Positions 43,989 through 52,640 of a DNA stretch of 64,000 nt are shown piece after piece (position 1 is the stretch's first letter; every line of letters starts with the position of its first letter). The position numbers were made by a program, and so were the translations under genes. Location: IMG/VR virus record IMGVR_UViG_3300046616_000314, positions 497,117 to 561,116 of that record. One strand, written 5' to 3'. The notes beneath the pieces are model-generated. The model saw only the letters and a list, made by a program, of their open reading frames with translations. It did no database searches and was not told where the DNA came from.

Positions 43989-44213
43989 ATGCTGCCCCTG
44001 AACCTATCCCCTGGTACCTTGGTTCGTATGACCCTGGTTCCGAGCCCTACGTTCATCCTAGAGCGTTATTACGATCATACACTGGACGGGTATCCCGGCG
44101 ATCCTGAACCGCCTCTGGAACGCCAATGGGTTCTGATTTGGGGTCTAGATAAACGAACCGATTGTCCGTATCAGGTTCGGGTGTCACGTATCGCTCTTAC
44201 CACAGAGACTTAG
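43989..44213 (+). CDS. hypothetical small protein
   Basis: AGGA RBS. Confidence 0.5.
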   Translation: MLPLNLSPGTLVRMTLVPSPTFILERYYDHTLDGYPGDPEPPLERQWVLIWGLDKRTDCPYQVRVSRIALTTET

Positions 44214-44907
44214 GTCGCGGTAAGCAAAGCGGTCGCGGAGGCTCTGTCTTCACGACAGGTATGCCCGGCTTTGGAAATTCTTTATCTTCCATCTTGGGTG
44301 TAGGTTCGTGCTTACGCTTAAGTTCGATCCATTGACCCGCCATGTTGTTGCCGCTGGCAACCCGTTGGTCAAACACGTACCCGAATTGTTCTAGTTGTAA
44401 GACTGTCATGACTCGTGGCTGGCGATTGTCCAGCACATAGCTTCCGTTTGTGGTAACAACGATCAGTACGGCATGATAGCCGCCGGTTTCTGTGTATGTA
44501 AGCGTGAACAGCAACGGCGCCGCATCAACCCCCAGGTCCATCAGTCGGCGCATTTTCCACAACGCAAAGCCGTCGCAGTCGTCGTAGAGCTTCCCATTGC
44601 TCATGCAGGGAAAATCCCATAGATCGCGGTCGCCCCAGGTTACGGAATCATCGCGCCACGTGATGAGCGTGTTGCCTTCGCTATTCACCGCATTGAGGCT
44701 GTTGAGAAGTTCGGGCGTGAACGTGATTGCGGATGCCTTGCCCTTGGCTGCGCGCTTTATGAACGTACGGTCTCTAGCCGCGAAATCTTTCATAGTGGCA
44801 GGGGCAGAAATGTATTTGGAAGTTTGAGGTAAGAAGCGATTATTGATCGGCTTCGCATAAACCGAAGTCGCCAGGAAGGCAAAAATCATACACAATAAAA
44901 CACGCAC
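44197..44907 (-). CDS. transglutaminase-like cysteine peptidase (BTLCP/LapG-like), secreted
   Basis: Signal peptide; D.W..P...DCDGFALWK...HAVL...VLDN Cys-His-Asp triad. Confidence 0.85.
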   Translation of the reverse strand: MRVLLCMIFAFLATSVYAKPINNRFLPQTSKYISAPATMKDFAARDRTFIKRAAKGKASAITFTPELLNSLNAVNSEGNTLITWRDDSVTWGDRDLWDFPCMSNGKLYDDCDGFALWKMRRLMDLGVDAAPLLFTLTYTETGGYHAVLIVVTTNGSYVLDNRQPRVMTVLQLEQFGYVFDQRVASGNNMAGQWIELKRKHEPTPKMEDKEFPKPGIPVVKTEPPRPLCLPRPKSLW

Positions 44908-44946
44908 ATAGATATTTAAAATCCATGTGCATGTTTAAAGTGGGAG

Positions 44947-45201
44947 TTATTTCAGTTCGTCAATTTTCTTCGTAGCTGCGTCAATTAGAGCAACAACGGT
45001 GAAGAGTTGTTCGCGAGCTTGAAGCAGATTATCCTTAGCTTCGCTCGCCATGCTGACTGCCGCATCTTTGTTTTCGAGCGCGGCATGTAGGAACATCCTG
45101 GCTTGCCCAAGTTTGAAGGCAAGATCGGTGTCGGTAGATTTGGCATAAGCCACCGATTCGATGATGTCGTAAATCTGCGTCGTGGTTTCGTGATCAGACA
45201 T
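44947..45201 (-). CDS. hypothetical protein
   Basis: Helical ORF coupled to the upstream ORF. Confidence 0.55.
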   Translation of the reverse strand: MSDHETTTQIYDIIESVAYAKSTDTDLAFKLGQARMFLHAALENKDAAVSMASEAKDNLLQAREQLFTVVALIDAATKKIDELK

Positions 45202-45388
45202 TGGGCTTCCACCCGATCTTGCTGATATGCAGACAGAAGGTGATGTTCGGGCTGGCTTCAAGGTGGACTCGTGCCACGCTATCGCGAACCCATTCTTCGA
45301 TGACGGCTTTCTTTCCGGCGTAGAAGCTCAAGGTGTCTTCGACCCAGATGGTTTTGCCCACGAATTCAGTATCGCCTTTGAAAGCCAT
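45194..45388 (-). CDS. hypothetical small protein
   Basis: GGAG RBS; TTGACA upstream. Confidence 0.6.
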   Translation of the reverse strand: MAFKGDTEFVGKTIWVEDTLSFYAGKKAVIEEWVRDSVARVHLEASPNITFCLHISKIGWKPNV

Positions 45389-45445
45389 GAATATCTCCAA
45401 AAGAATATTTGATTAGACTATCATGAATACTTGTATTGTCAAACG

Positions 45446-45475
45446 AAAAAAGCCCTGACCGAAGCCAGGGCTTTT
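45446..45475 (-). terminator. terminator of the ncRNA operon
   Basis: Minus strand AAAAGCCCTGGC-TTCG-GTCAGGGCTTTTTT. Confidence 0.85.
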
Positions 45476-45481
45476 ATAAGG

Positions 45482-45584
45482 TCGAAGAGAACAGCGAAAC
45501 CGGCGTACTGAGGGTCTGACCCAACATGCGCCCCTTACCGCCGGGTACACGGGAATGGCATGTCTCTATGCTTCGTCTCTTCGA
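45482..45584 (-). ncRNA. candidate structured RNA unit
   Basis: 9-bp closing stem TCGAAGAGA/TCTCTTCGA. Confidence 0.5.
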
Positions 45585-45607
45585 TAAGTGTGCTCTTGCG
45601 AGCGAAT

Positions 45608-45729
45608 TGGTTCCGAAGGAAGGATTTTTACCCCCGACCGTTCGCCGAACTAGCGACCGCTCTTGCACAAACTTTCGTTTGCCCCCGTTTAGTCGCGGCG
45701 CCACGACATCGGGTCTGAGCTACTTCGAA
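45608..45729 (-). ncRNA. tRNA-like RNA with ~54-nt D-loop
   Basis: Acceptor TTCGAAG/CTTCGGA-ACCA; D-stem GCTC/GAGC; T-arm GGGGG-TAAAAAT-CCTTC. Confidence 0.75.
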
Positions 45730-45751
45730 CTTTGATGCTCATTCGAGCAAA

Positions 45752-45948
45752 TGGATATCGAAGGGAGGATTTATACCTCCGTCCTCTCCCGCTGTTAGCA
45801 GGACGCTCTTGCCCCTCAACCGTTTCTTACTGGTGCGTATGCATCCGCAATCAGTTCATAACGATTGAAGCCTGATGTAAGCGGTCATTAAGACACCGAA
45901 GGTCTCCTAACTTACCCCGCCTAGTCTCATCATCTGAGCTACTTCGAA
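45752..45948 (-). ncRNA. tRNA-like RNA with ~127-nt D-loop
   Basis: Same 5' TTCGAAGTAGCTCAGA and GCAAGAGCG; T-arm GGAGG-TATAAAT-CCTCC; CTTCGAT-ATCCA end. Confidence 0.75.
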
Positions 45949-46298
45949 CTTGTGTGCCCATCGGGCAAAACTGTTGATCGTACTCTCCGACCTGTCACGA
46001 CTAGCATGATCCCTGATTTTCATCAAGTCCAACATATGCGCGCTCGTTCCGCAAGCTTACCTTGCCCATCGGGCGAATTGGCGGGGGCACTTCCCTCTTC
46101 GACGGGATCGCTCGCGCGGGGCAATCCCAAAGCCAAAGTGTGAAGGCGGAACCTACCCCCTGCGTCATGGCATTTCGACCACGCAGGTTTTGACTCCGCT
46201 TTTTCAGCCTATCTCCGGGTGATATCACTTCCCGTACCTCGGCGTCTACTCGTTTGCCCATTCAGGCAAATTTTACGGTATCACCTTCATCTATCTCA

Positions 46299-46503
46299 TG
46301 CGGTGCAGCATGGGACTCGAATCTGGCTTCCCGAAGGACCCGCTTACCGCTCCTGCGCTATGGGCACTACTCCATCCGCTTAGGACCGGTGCGCTGACCA
46401 GTCTGATTGTGGGTGGGTCGCTACTCCCACTGTCGGCATTCCTCCAAGGTGCTCCCTGGCTGCTCCACCGTCTCTTTGGACTTAACGGTTCAGCACCGCG
46501 CCA
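46299..46503 (-). ncRNA. candidate structured RNA (TAAGTCC family)
   Basis: GCGGTGC/GCACCGC closing pair; 5' GGCGCGGTGCTGAACCGTTAAGTCCAA. Confidence 0.5.
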
Positions 46504-46747
46504 AGTAATTGTTTTAGGTCGGTCTCTCACCCGCTTCACTACGTTCCACGAGTTTGGGGATCAGCCGAAGGCTTAGCCACCAGAGATTTTCAAACGCAGA
46601 CTGATAACAGAACCAGTCCGATGTACGTCCCTACCTATCTTGATCCGAAGACCAAGAATAAAAGTGAGTGGAGCGCAAGCGCATCAACACTCAAGTATCA
46701 CTGGACTTACCGGTCACACCCTCAACCGCGCCGTGTTTCTCATCTAC

Positions 46748-46775
46748 ACTCTACACTAGTTCAAACTAGTGTCAA
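46748..46775 (-). promoter_or_regulatory. sigma70-type promoter with overlapping palindrome
   Basis: TTGACA-16-TAGAGT; ACACTAGT-TCAA-ACTAGTGT at 46753-46772. Confidence 0.6.
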
Positions 46776-46790
46776 GCATTTATTTTTGTC

Positions 46791-46927
46791 TGGTCTGATC
46801 TTCTACCAACACTGGACACCGCATTATTATTCCAGCTATTGACAGCGAAGCTTCTGAACTTTCCTCGTTGGAGGCGTTATCAGTCGCGAAGGTGTCTGCC
46901 TCTCGGGGGAAAGGCGCGATCAGACCA
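46791..46927 (-). ncRNA. candidate structured RNA
   Basis: 10-bp closing stem TGGTCTGATC/GATCAGACCA; inner GACACC/GGTGTC. Confidence 0.5.
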
Positions 46928-47152
46928 AACAAAACCAAACTAATCACTTGCTAATTTACCTAAGCCACGTTGTGATCCCATGGTTTCATCGAATGCATTA
47001 CAGCATCCGGTGTGTCTTGTTTAGCTTTACTTCCGACTATCCGCCCTACCATAGAGAGCGAAGGGAGCCAGAAGGGTCAAGACTAACCCTAAATCTCGTT
47101 CAAATTTTCAAAGACCAGAGAGAGTTTGTTACCGCCGTCTCTCTATGTCCCC

Positions 47153-47181
47153 AATCTATATCCACTCTTATTTTCTGTCAA
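47153..47181 (-). promoter_or_regulatory. sigma70-type promoter of the ncRNA operon
   Basis: TTGACA-17-TAGATT pointing into the non-coding region. Confidence 0.7.
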
Positions 47182-47263
47182 GCACTATTTTACGAAAAAA
47201 ATTTCGTAGAGAGATAATCACTCGAAAACCCGCCTAAATATCCTTGAGGTACAGGGACATAAC

Positions 47264-47608
47264 ATGACATTTATGAATTTTCTTAAATCCCTAGGTAAGC
47301 TGTTGATGCGCTTGGCGTTCGGTGTGACCGCCTTGCTAATCATTCTGTTTGTTGCGGCGACTGCATCCAACGGCGTACGATCCGAATTGGCGGACGTACA
47401 AACCAAGGCTCAATTGGCTGCGGCTCGCGCGTCGCATAACGAAAAACAAATCGAGGAATTAGAAAAGAAACTGGCTCAAGCCAAGCCGGTAGTTGTAGTT
47501 AAGAAAGAAACCAATGCAAAAACAGCTAAGCCATTTAATGATGATGATTTGCTGCGTCGCGCTCGCAAGCTGCGGAACGATCAAAAGAAATCCAGAAACG
47601 AAGATTAA
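47264..47608 (+). CDS. putative inner-membrane spanin (Rz-like)
   Basis: N-terminal TM plus coiled coil; overlapped by a lipoprotein gene. Confidence 0.65.
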   Translation: MTFMNFLKSLGKLLMRLAFGVTALLIILFVAATASNGVRSELADVQTKAQLAAARASHNEKQIEELEKKLAQAKPVVVVKKETNAKTAKPFNDDDLLRRARKLRNDQKKSRNED

Positions 47609-47861
47609 GCTAGCAAACTCCAAGCCGCCCGCTGTCCAGGCAAAGCAATACGATTGCTCCGACGACAAGCCCGCTGACTTGCCCGCCGACGCCGTTCTTG
47701 CGACGTGGGATGCTAATAAAATTTTTGAATGGGGTTCGAAGGCTTGGAAGTGGGGTGACTCATGCTCAAAAAAACTGAGCTACAACCAACACTACCAAGC
47801 CTGCAAAGATGGTGACAAAAAGGAATGTACCTATGTCAACCAGTTGTCGAAGAAACCCTAA
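47514..47861 (+). CDS. putative outer-membrane spanin lipoprotein (Rz1-like)
   Basis: Lipobox LASC; overlaps the 3' end of the TM gene in another frame. Confidence 0.65.
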   Translation: MQKQLSHLMMMICCVALASCGTIKRNPETKIKLANSKPPAVQAKQYDCSDDKPADLPADAVLATWDANKIFEWGSKAWKWGDSCSKKLSYNQHYQACKDGDKKECTYVNQLSKKP

Positions 47862-48139
47862 CCAAATTTCAGCCGGAAATGTACCATTTGGTCTTCGTCG
47901 TGGAAAGTGACTTTCCACCATTGTTTTCCATCTTCGTCGTAGATCACCGAACGCTCGACAACGGCGTATCCCATGATCCGGGGTGAATTTTCGTGAAACC
48001 ACTTTCCCGCTTCAAAATGGATACATAAATGTTCTTCGGGGGTGAACTGGCTGGTGAACACATAGAAAGCCTTGTGCCCCGGTTCAAAGAGAACCGTAAC
48101 ATGCTTGCTGGTGTCCACTCGCCGTCCGTTCATCAGCAT
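47858..48139 (-). CDS. FKLKW-motif family protein
   Basis: FHDEDQMVHFRLKFG. Confidence 0.75.
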   Translation of the reverse strand: MLMNGRRVDTSKHVTVLFEPGHKAFYVFTSQFTPEEHLCIHFEAGKWFHENSPRIMGYAVVERSVIYDEDGKQWWKVTFHDEDQMVHFRLKFG

Positions 48140-48465
48140 TACTTGGCTTCCACGAACCCGGCGATGATATGACGAGCGGTTTCTTCACTGACCGAATCGA
48201 TAGCCAGGACCATCGTAGACGGAATCATTTGTTCCGCGTCCTGAATCTTTTGGAAGTTGTCATCGTAGGCGGGCTGATAGGACGGGACCAGAAGGACCGT
48301 GTAGCCCTGCGCTTCGTTGCGGAACGACCGAACCTTGGTGCCGTTCTTACGAGCCAGGAGCATCACCAGATTGGCGTACAGAGCGTTCGGATAGAAATCC
48401 ACGCCGCGATACACACCCTTGCTGGTGCGACGAATGACTTGAGCCGGTTCCTTGATCTCGCGCAT
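48139..48465 (-). CDS. hypothetical protein
   Basis: AAGGA RBS; TTGACA upstream. Confidence 0.7.
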   Translation of the reverse strand: MREIKEPAQVIRRTSKGVYRGVDFYPNALYANLVMLLARKNGTKVRSFRNEAQGYTVLLVPSYQPAYDDNFQKIQDAEQMIPSTMVLAIDSVSEETARHIIAGFVEAK

Positions 48466-48527
48466 GTCAGTTCCTTATGTATCTAACCAATACATACCTT
48501 TTAACACGCTAGAGAGTTATGTCAAGG

Positions 48528-48806
48528 CTATTCTTCAGTAGCCGAAATGCTATTGCCGTCACCCTGCCATTTCATCAAGAACATGGCTTGTTCATCTTCT
48601 TCGAAGAAAACGATATCGGCACTGTAATATGGAGGTCTCGCACCCCCGCTAGTAGAGTAGCCCGCCGCAAAGACTTGTACGCCTTCAACCATTCGTGCAG
48701 TGGGCATTTTCTGACTGAGCCATTCTTTCATTTCCCAAATGGAGTCAGCATCTTTGAAGACAACTTTTACAAAGTCTTCGCAGTTCATGAGCTTAGCGAT
48801 ATTCAA
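48528..48806 (-). CDS. FKLKW-motif family protein
   Basis: FEEDEQAMFLMKW. Confidence 0.7.
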   Translation of the reverse strand: MNIAKLMNCEDFVKVVFKDADSIWEMKEWLSQKMPTARMVEGVQVFAAGYSTSGGARPPYYSADIVFFEEDEQAMFLMKWQGDGNSISATEE

Positions 48807-48809
48807 AAT

Positions 48810-49937
48810 TTAACCTTTTTCAATTTCCAAATTCAAACCCAAACGCTTAATGCACGGAAGTTGCAAGACCCAGGCTTTGACGGCATCGAAGCTTTCGAAT
48901 TCCGAATGCCCATCCGGGTACGAAGGATTTTCGTAATCATAGTTCCAGTATAATACCATACGCAGTTGTCCACCGGTATAATATCTTCCCTCCGAACCAC
49001 TGGCGAAGATTTCGAAACGCTGACCCCACAGACCCATGTTGGTATCAACGTTCTCGTGGGTAGCAATGTAGCCATCCCAGGCATACATCATAGCACCATC
49101 CAAGAAGCCTCGTACGGCGCCATGCGGCTTAAGCAATCCAGCAAACTCTACGCGAGAAGGATTTGAATAGACTTCAACCGGACCATCGTCACCCTTGAAA
49201 CCACCTTCAAATTTTTCATCCAAAGTTTTTTGGGATGCGAGCTTAACGTCAGCCGGGTCAAAGACAACCAAGGTCTTGATAGCAGCTTGGCGGAAACCAC
49301 CCGCGTCTTGTTCCATGACAAGACTATCGTAGCCTTCAGCCTTCAAAAATTTAGTTGCGTAATGGCGAGCCTTCGCGGCATTCTCGCGCTCGACCTTTCT
49401 CCATCGACGCAATAATTCATCTAAATTTTTATAAGCTTGGTTTCGTGCTTCTCTATTTCCTTCATTTCGTTCTGCAAAATCGGTTGCTTTTTCGGCTTCC
49501 TCGAATTTGTGTTTAAGGCGTTTGTCATCCTCAACCATCACTTCGATAGTTGCGGCGTATAAAGGATCGCGATGAAGGAAGTCGGATAGTTCAGCCCGAT
49601 TGCGTACGAACAATGGGTTCTTGGCGCGCGTATAGAAACGCATCTGCGCACGTTGGTTGACATCAATATGACCAAGACCGATGTCATTCATATTGAACTT
49701 GAAGAACACGCCATCGGGCATTTGTTCATCCGTCCCGCGCGCTTCTACGCGCCCCAGGTCGAAACCGTTTGCTTTGATGGAGTCTACGTTTTGCTTTCCG
49801 GTCTGGTGGAAGATCGGGATAGGACCACCGGAACCCTTGAAGATGCCATCACCGAACCATGCTGCAAAAGCCGGGTCTGTGTCTAGAATGGATTCGGGAC
49901 GATGAAAGTCCTCAAGAAGATTTAGGAGATCGCGCAT
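48810..49937 (-). CDS. ART-like domain protein (polyvalent-protein type), probable head cargo
   Basis: FAAWFG...IFHQT...GVFF...KNPL...GYDSL...VVFDP; MRDLLNLLE leader; TAAATA immediately upstream. Confidence 0.65.
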   Translation of the reverse strand: MRDLLNLLEDFHRPESILDTDPAFAAWFGDGIFKGSGGPIPIFHQTGKQNVDSIKANGFDLGRVEARGTDEQMPDGVFFKFNMNDIGLGHIDVNQRAQMRFYTRAKNPLFVRNRAELSDFLHRDPLYAATIEVMVEDDKRLKHKFEEAEKATDFAERNEGNREARNQAYKNLDELLRRWRKVERENAAKARHYATKFLKAEGYDSLVMEQDAGGFRQAAIKTLVVFDPADVKLASQKTLDEKFEGGFKGDDGPVEVYSNPSRVEFAGLLKPHGAVRGFLDGAMMYAWDGYIATHENVDTNMGLWGQRFEIFASGSEGRYYTGGQLRMVLYWNYDYENPSYPDGHSEFESFDAVKAWVLQLPCIKRLGLNLEIEKG

Positions 49938-49940
49938 TCA

Positions 49941-50231
49941 TTATTTAGCGGTGTAATGACTGAACTTCATCAAAAACATTACAGCTTCCTCGGATGACCA
50001 GAACCGGAATACACGAACCGGAGTGTCATCGCGAGTGATGAAAAATTCTACGTTTTGAAGATTGCGATCATACAGCCATTTCAAAATTTCGAAATTGGCT
50101 TCCTTGCTCATGTCATGGATGATGACGCAGCGATGACAAATCTTGATGTTTCGGGGATTGTTGTGCCAGAGAACACTTGCGTTATTTTTCTCAACGCCGT
50201 GGACTCGAAATTCGGCAGGATAGACTTTCAT
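49941..50231 (-). CDS. FKLKW-motif family protein
   Basis: FWSSEEAVMFLMKF. Confidence 0.75.
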   Translation of the reverse strand: MKVYPAEFRVHGVEKNNASVLWHNNPRNIKICHRCVIIHDMSKEANFEILKWLYDRNLQNVEFFITRDDTPVRVFRFWSSEEAVMFLMKFSHYTAK

Positions 50232-50521
50232 GAATACATAACGCGGACTAAACCGCCCTTAAGTTTGAAGTATACCGCGTCATCTACGTTGTGAAACCGA
50301 ACGATAATCCGATCATTGATCGGTCTCTCAACATATAGAGTGTGCGGGAAACCTTCTAATGTGTCATATAATTTATCAGAAACATTACTGGCTGTCCATA
50401 AAATCACGTCATGTTCGGGATCGTAGGTATATCTAAGCTTGGTCAGAAACAGATATTCAACCCGTTTATCCGATGTCCAAACGGCATCGTATACTAAGTC
50501 AATACCATCCCAGTCACTCAT
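50228..50521 (-). CDS. FKLKW-motif family protein
   Basis: FHNVDDAVYFKLK. Confidence 0.75.
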   Translation of the reverse strand: MSDWDGIDLVYDAVWTSDKRVEYLFLTKLRYTYDPEHDVILWTASNVSDKLYDTLEGFPHTLYVERPINDRIIVRFHNVDDAVYFKLKGGLVRVMYS

Positions 50522-50817
50522 CAGAAGTATTTAAGCTTGAAGACAGCCGCGTCCTCTTCGGACTTACACCGGACGACGTAAACACACTCGCCGTTGCAGT
50601 ACAGTAATTCAAAGTCGATGGGAGAGCCCTCAACCATCAGTTCTTTGATAATTTCTAGTCGGTTATCGCAGATATCGCTAAGAATCTCATCGTCAACCAA
50701 CAGGTCGCCCGGCTGTTCATGATAAGCGAAGAAATCTGAATCGATTTCGAAGTACGAACTTCCTTCGGGTGAGGGCTTAACCGTCCTGCATGTTCTGGAC
50801 ACGTATAATCCCCTCAA
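50521..50817 (-). CDS. FKLKW-motif family protein
   Basis: SEEDAAVFKLKYF. Confidence 0.75.
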   Translation of the reverse strand: MRGLYVSRTCRTVKPSPEGSSYFEIDSDFFAYHEQPGDLLVDDEILSDICDNRLEIIKELMVEGSPIDFELLYCNGECVYVVRCKSEEDAAVFKLKYF

Positions 50818-50821
50818 AAAA

Positions 50822-50896
50822 TGGTAGACCGGGTGGGGATCGAACCCACGACAATCCGATTAAAAGTCGGATGCTCTACCACTGAGCTACCGGTCC
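50822..50896 (-). tRNA. tRNA-Lys(UUU)
   Basis: Cloverleaf; TCCGA-CT TTT AA-TCGGA; CCA. Confidence 0.95.
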
Positions 50897-50948
50897 ACGG
50901 TGGTATGTGTTTTTCTACAGAATTTTTGTTAGAGCGTCAAGTAGAAAA

Positions 50949-51245
50949 TCAAAGCCATTTGAATTTAAACAGAGCGTAGTCTTCTTCCGAACCAAACTCA
51001 AAGTCGATATAATAGGGAAGATGATACGAATATCCTGCAATAGATGGGCATTTGGACAAGTGTTTCTTGCACCAATCACGCACGTTACTGGTAAGACTCA
51101 AATAAAAAGACGGTGAATTACCCATGCGAGATTGATAAAGCAGATATGTGCGCTCTTGTTCAGTGTCCCAACGAAACGCCATGCTACGATCAAAGATCGT
51201 AACTTTGTCCTCACGCACAATCTTGACTTTGAACATCAGAACCAC
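50949..51245 (-). CDS. FKLKW-motif family protein
   Basis: FGSEEDYALFKFKWL. Confidence 0.75.
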   Translation of the reverse strand: MVLMFKVKIVREDKVTIFDRSMAFRWDTEQERTYLLYQSRMGNSPSFYLSLTSNVRDWCKKHLSKCPSIAGYSYHLPYYIDFEFGSEEDYALFKFKWL

Positions 51246-51514
51246 TTCAGCTTGAACAGAGCCATATCTTCTTCTTTCTCGAATAGGATATAGGCTGCTT
51301 CAAGTTCGGATGCTTTATCCATACCAGTACCAACCGCTCCAAAATATTGATATACAATATTTTGATCGCTAAGCCAATACTCGATCTCTTGATACATTTC
51401 CGTAGTCAAAACTTCTTCGGAGTAAACGCCGCCCAACAACTCGAAATGAGTCATTGCGTCGATCACCTTCCAACGTTGTTCATACGGAATGATGAGGCAG
51501 TTCGTTAAAGCCAT
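51236..51514 (-). CDS. FKLKW-motif family protein
   Basis: FEKEEDMALFKLKWF. Confidence 0.8.
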   Translation of the reverse strand: MALTNCLIIPYEQRWKVIDAMTHFELLGGVYSEEVLTTEMYQEIEYWLSDQNIVYQYFGAVGTGMDKASELEAAYILFEKEEDMALFKLKWF

Positions 51515-51825
51515 TTCAATTGGAACAGTACGAGATTTTCTACAGTGTCAAACTTGAGAAAATATAGCACGTCGGAATAGTAGCTGTCATACCTAAAATT
51601 GAAATCAAACTCATGCTTCCCGGCAACCTCAACCGCATCGTGCTTGAAGAAAGCATAGCCATTATGCATGGGAAGATTGTGAGCACACCATACCCGAATG
51701 TCGGGATGTAAGATGTAATCGTAAGTACCGCGCGCAGACCAACGATAAAGCAACAAGCATTTCGTTGGTAATGCTAAGCAAGTCGGGTCCGTAAAAGGTT
51801 CGCTGGGGATCGGTAACACCGTCAA
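51505..51825 (-). CDS. FKLKW-motif family protein
   Basis: FDTVENLVLFQLKWL. Confidence 0.75.
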   Translation of the reverse strand: MTVLPIPSEPFTDPTCLALPTKCLLLYRWSARGTYDYILHPDIRVWCAHNLPMHNGYAFFKHDAVEVAGKHEFDFNFRYDSYYSDVLYFLKFDTVENLVLFQLKWL

Positions 51826-51853
51826 CCCAGAAAGATAGCGTCCATAATATTAC

Positions 51854-52168
51854 TTATACTTGGGCGCCAGCCCATCTAAGCATGAACAGCATCTTTTCGT
51901 CTACAGTTCTAAAAATAATATACGCCCCATGTTCAAAGCCGCCTGCTGGATAAACGAATATCCCATCAACGTCGTGATCGTAACACCATTGCAACGCCGT
52001 GGGGTGCAGCCGATGGTAAGAATGGAACGGACTGAAACCGTAATACGGAAACTCAAAAAAATTTTCAGAAGGAAAAGTGGGACTATCAGTCACCGCCCAG
52101 GTCGTAGTGGTAATACCAACACCACCGCGACATTGGATTCCCAACTCGGATACATCATCAAACGTCAT
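51854..52168 (-). CDS. FKLKW-motif family protein
   Basis: FRTVDEKMLFMLRW. Confidence 0.75.
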   Translation of the reverse strand: MTFDDVSELGIQCRGGVGITTTTWAVTDSPTFPSENFFEFPYYGFSPFHSYHRLHPTALQWCYDHDVDGIFVYPAGGFEHGAYIIFRTVDEKMLFMLRWAGAQV

Positions 52169-52389
52169 CCGAACTTCAACCGAAACAATGCTGCGTCGTG
52201 TTCATCAATGAACCTAAAGGTAAGGTCTACACGCTTGGTGTTCTCGTTGATTTCAACATCCGAGCATAGCCAATCATTGACCATCATATTGTTTGTGTTA
52301 CACCAATTCTTGCACTTGGTAATTGCTTCCACATAGTTCTCGTATGTTATCAAGTGAACGCAATGAGGATATTTCCAACTCGTAGTCAT
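52165..52389 (-). CDS. FKLKW-motif family protein
   Basis: FIDEHDAALFRLKFG. Confidence 0.8.
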   Translation of the reverse strand: MTTSWKYPHCVHLITYENYVEAITKCKNWCNTNNMMVNDWLCSDVEINENTKRVDLTFRFIDEHDAALFRLKFG

Positions 52390-52640
52390 CCGAATCTCAA
52401 CTTGAATGCGATAACGTCTTCTTCAAATCGGAAGTAATAGACCACTTTCCCTTCCAACAATCGCGCCGCCAAAACATACGCAGGAAGCCCCTCGGCATCC
52501 TTGCACGTTTTTCGTAGCCAATCTTCAGCCAGACCGATGGCTTGAAAACTTTCAAATTGATGGGTCAACCGATGCGGATATTTCGCAAAGTTATGAAGCG
52601 GTAAACCATTTATATCGCGCCGCCGAATAGGATGTATCAT
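52386..52640 (-). CDS. FKLKW-motif family protein
   Basis: FRFEEDVIAFKLRFG. Confidence 0.8.
   Translation of the reverse strand: MIHPIRRRDINGLPLHNFAKYPHRLTHQFESFQAIGLAEDWLRKTCKDAEGLPAYVLAARLLEGKVVYYFRFEEDVIAFKLRFG

Larger units (their letters stand above)
45591..46270 (-). repeat. five copies of a short spacer hairpin (minus strand TTYGCYY-N3/4-GRGCA)
   Basis: 45591-45606, 45736-45751, 45955-45969, 46063-46077, 46255-46270. Confidence 0.75.

Noticed and set aside
45752-45948. Group I intron or tmRNA explanation for the tRNA-like inserts
   Set aside because: The inserts are too short, lie in the D-loop, and show no group I core or tag reading frame.
46063-46080. HDV/theta-ribozyme-like GGCGAAT
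   Set aside because: It is on the strand opposite the inferred transcription, and I could not build the nested double pseudoknot.
45591-46270. CRISPR array reading of the repeated hairpins
   Set aside because: The repeats are only ~16 nt and degenerate, the spacers are ~90-200 nt and structured, and no cas genes are seen.
46856-46866. GAGGAAAGTTC resembling an RNase P RNA conserved region
   Set aside because: I found no matching P4 partner or 3' conserved region, and the enclosing unit is only ~137 nt.
45474-47217. Short ORFs in the ORF track across the non-coding operon
   Set aside because: No convincing RBS and atypical composition; they overlap tRNA-like folds and are better explained as RNA.
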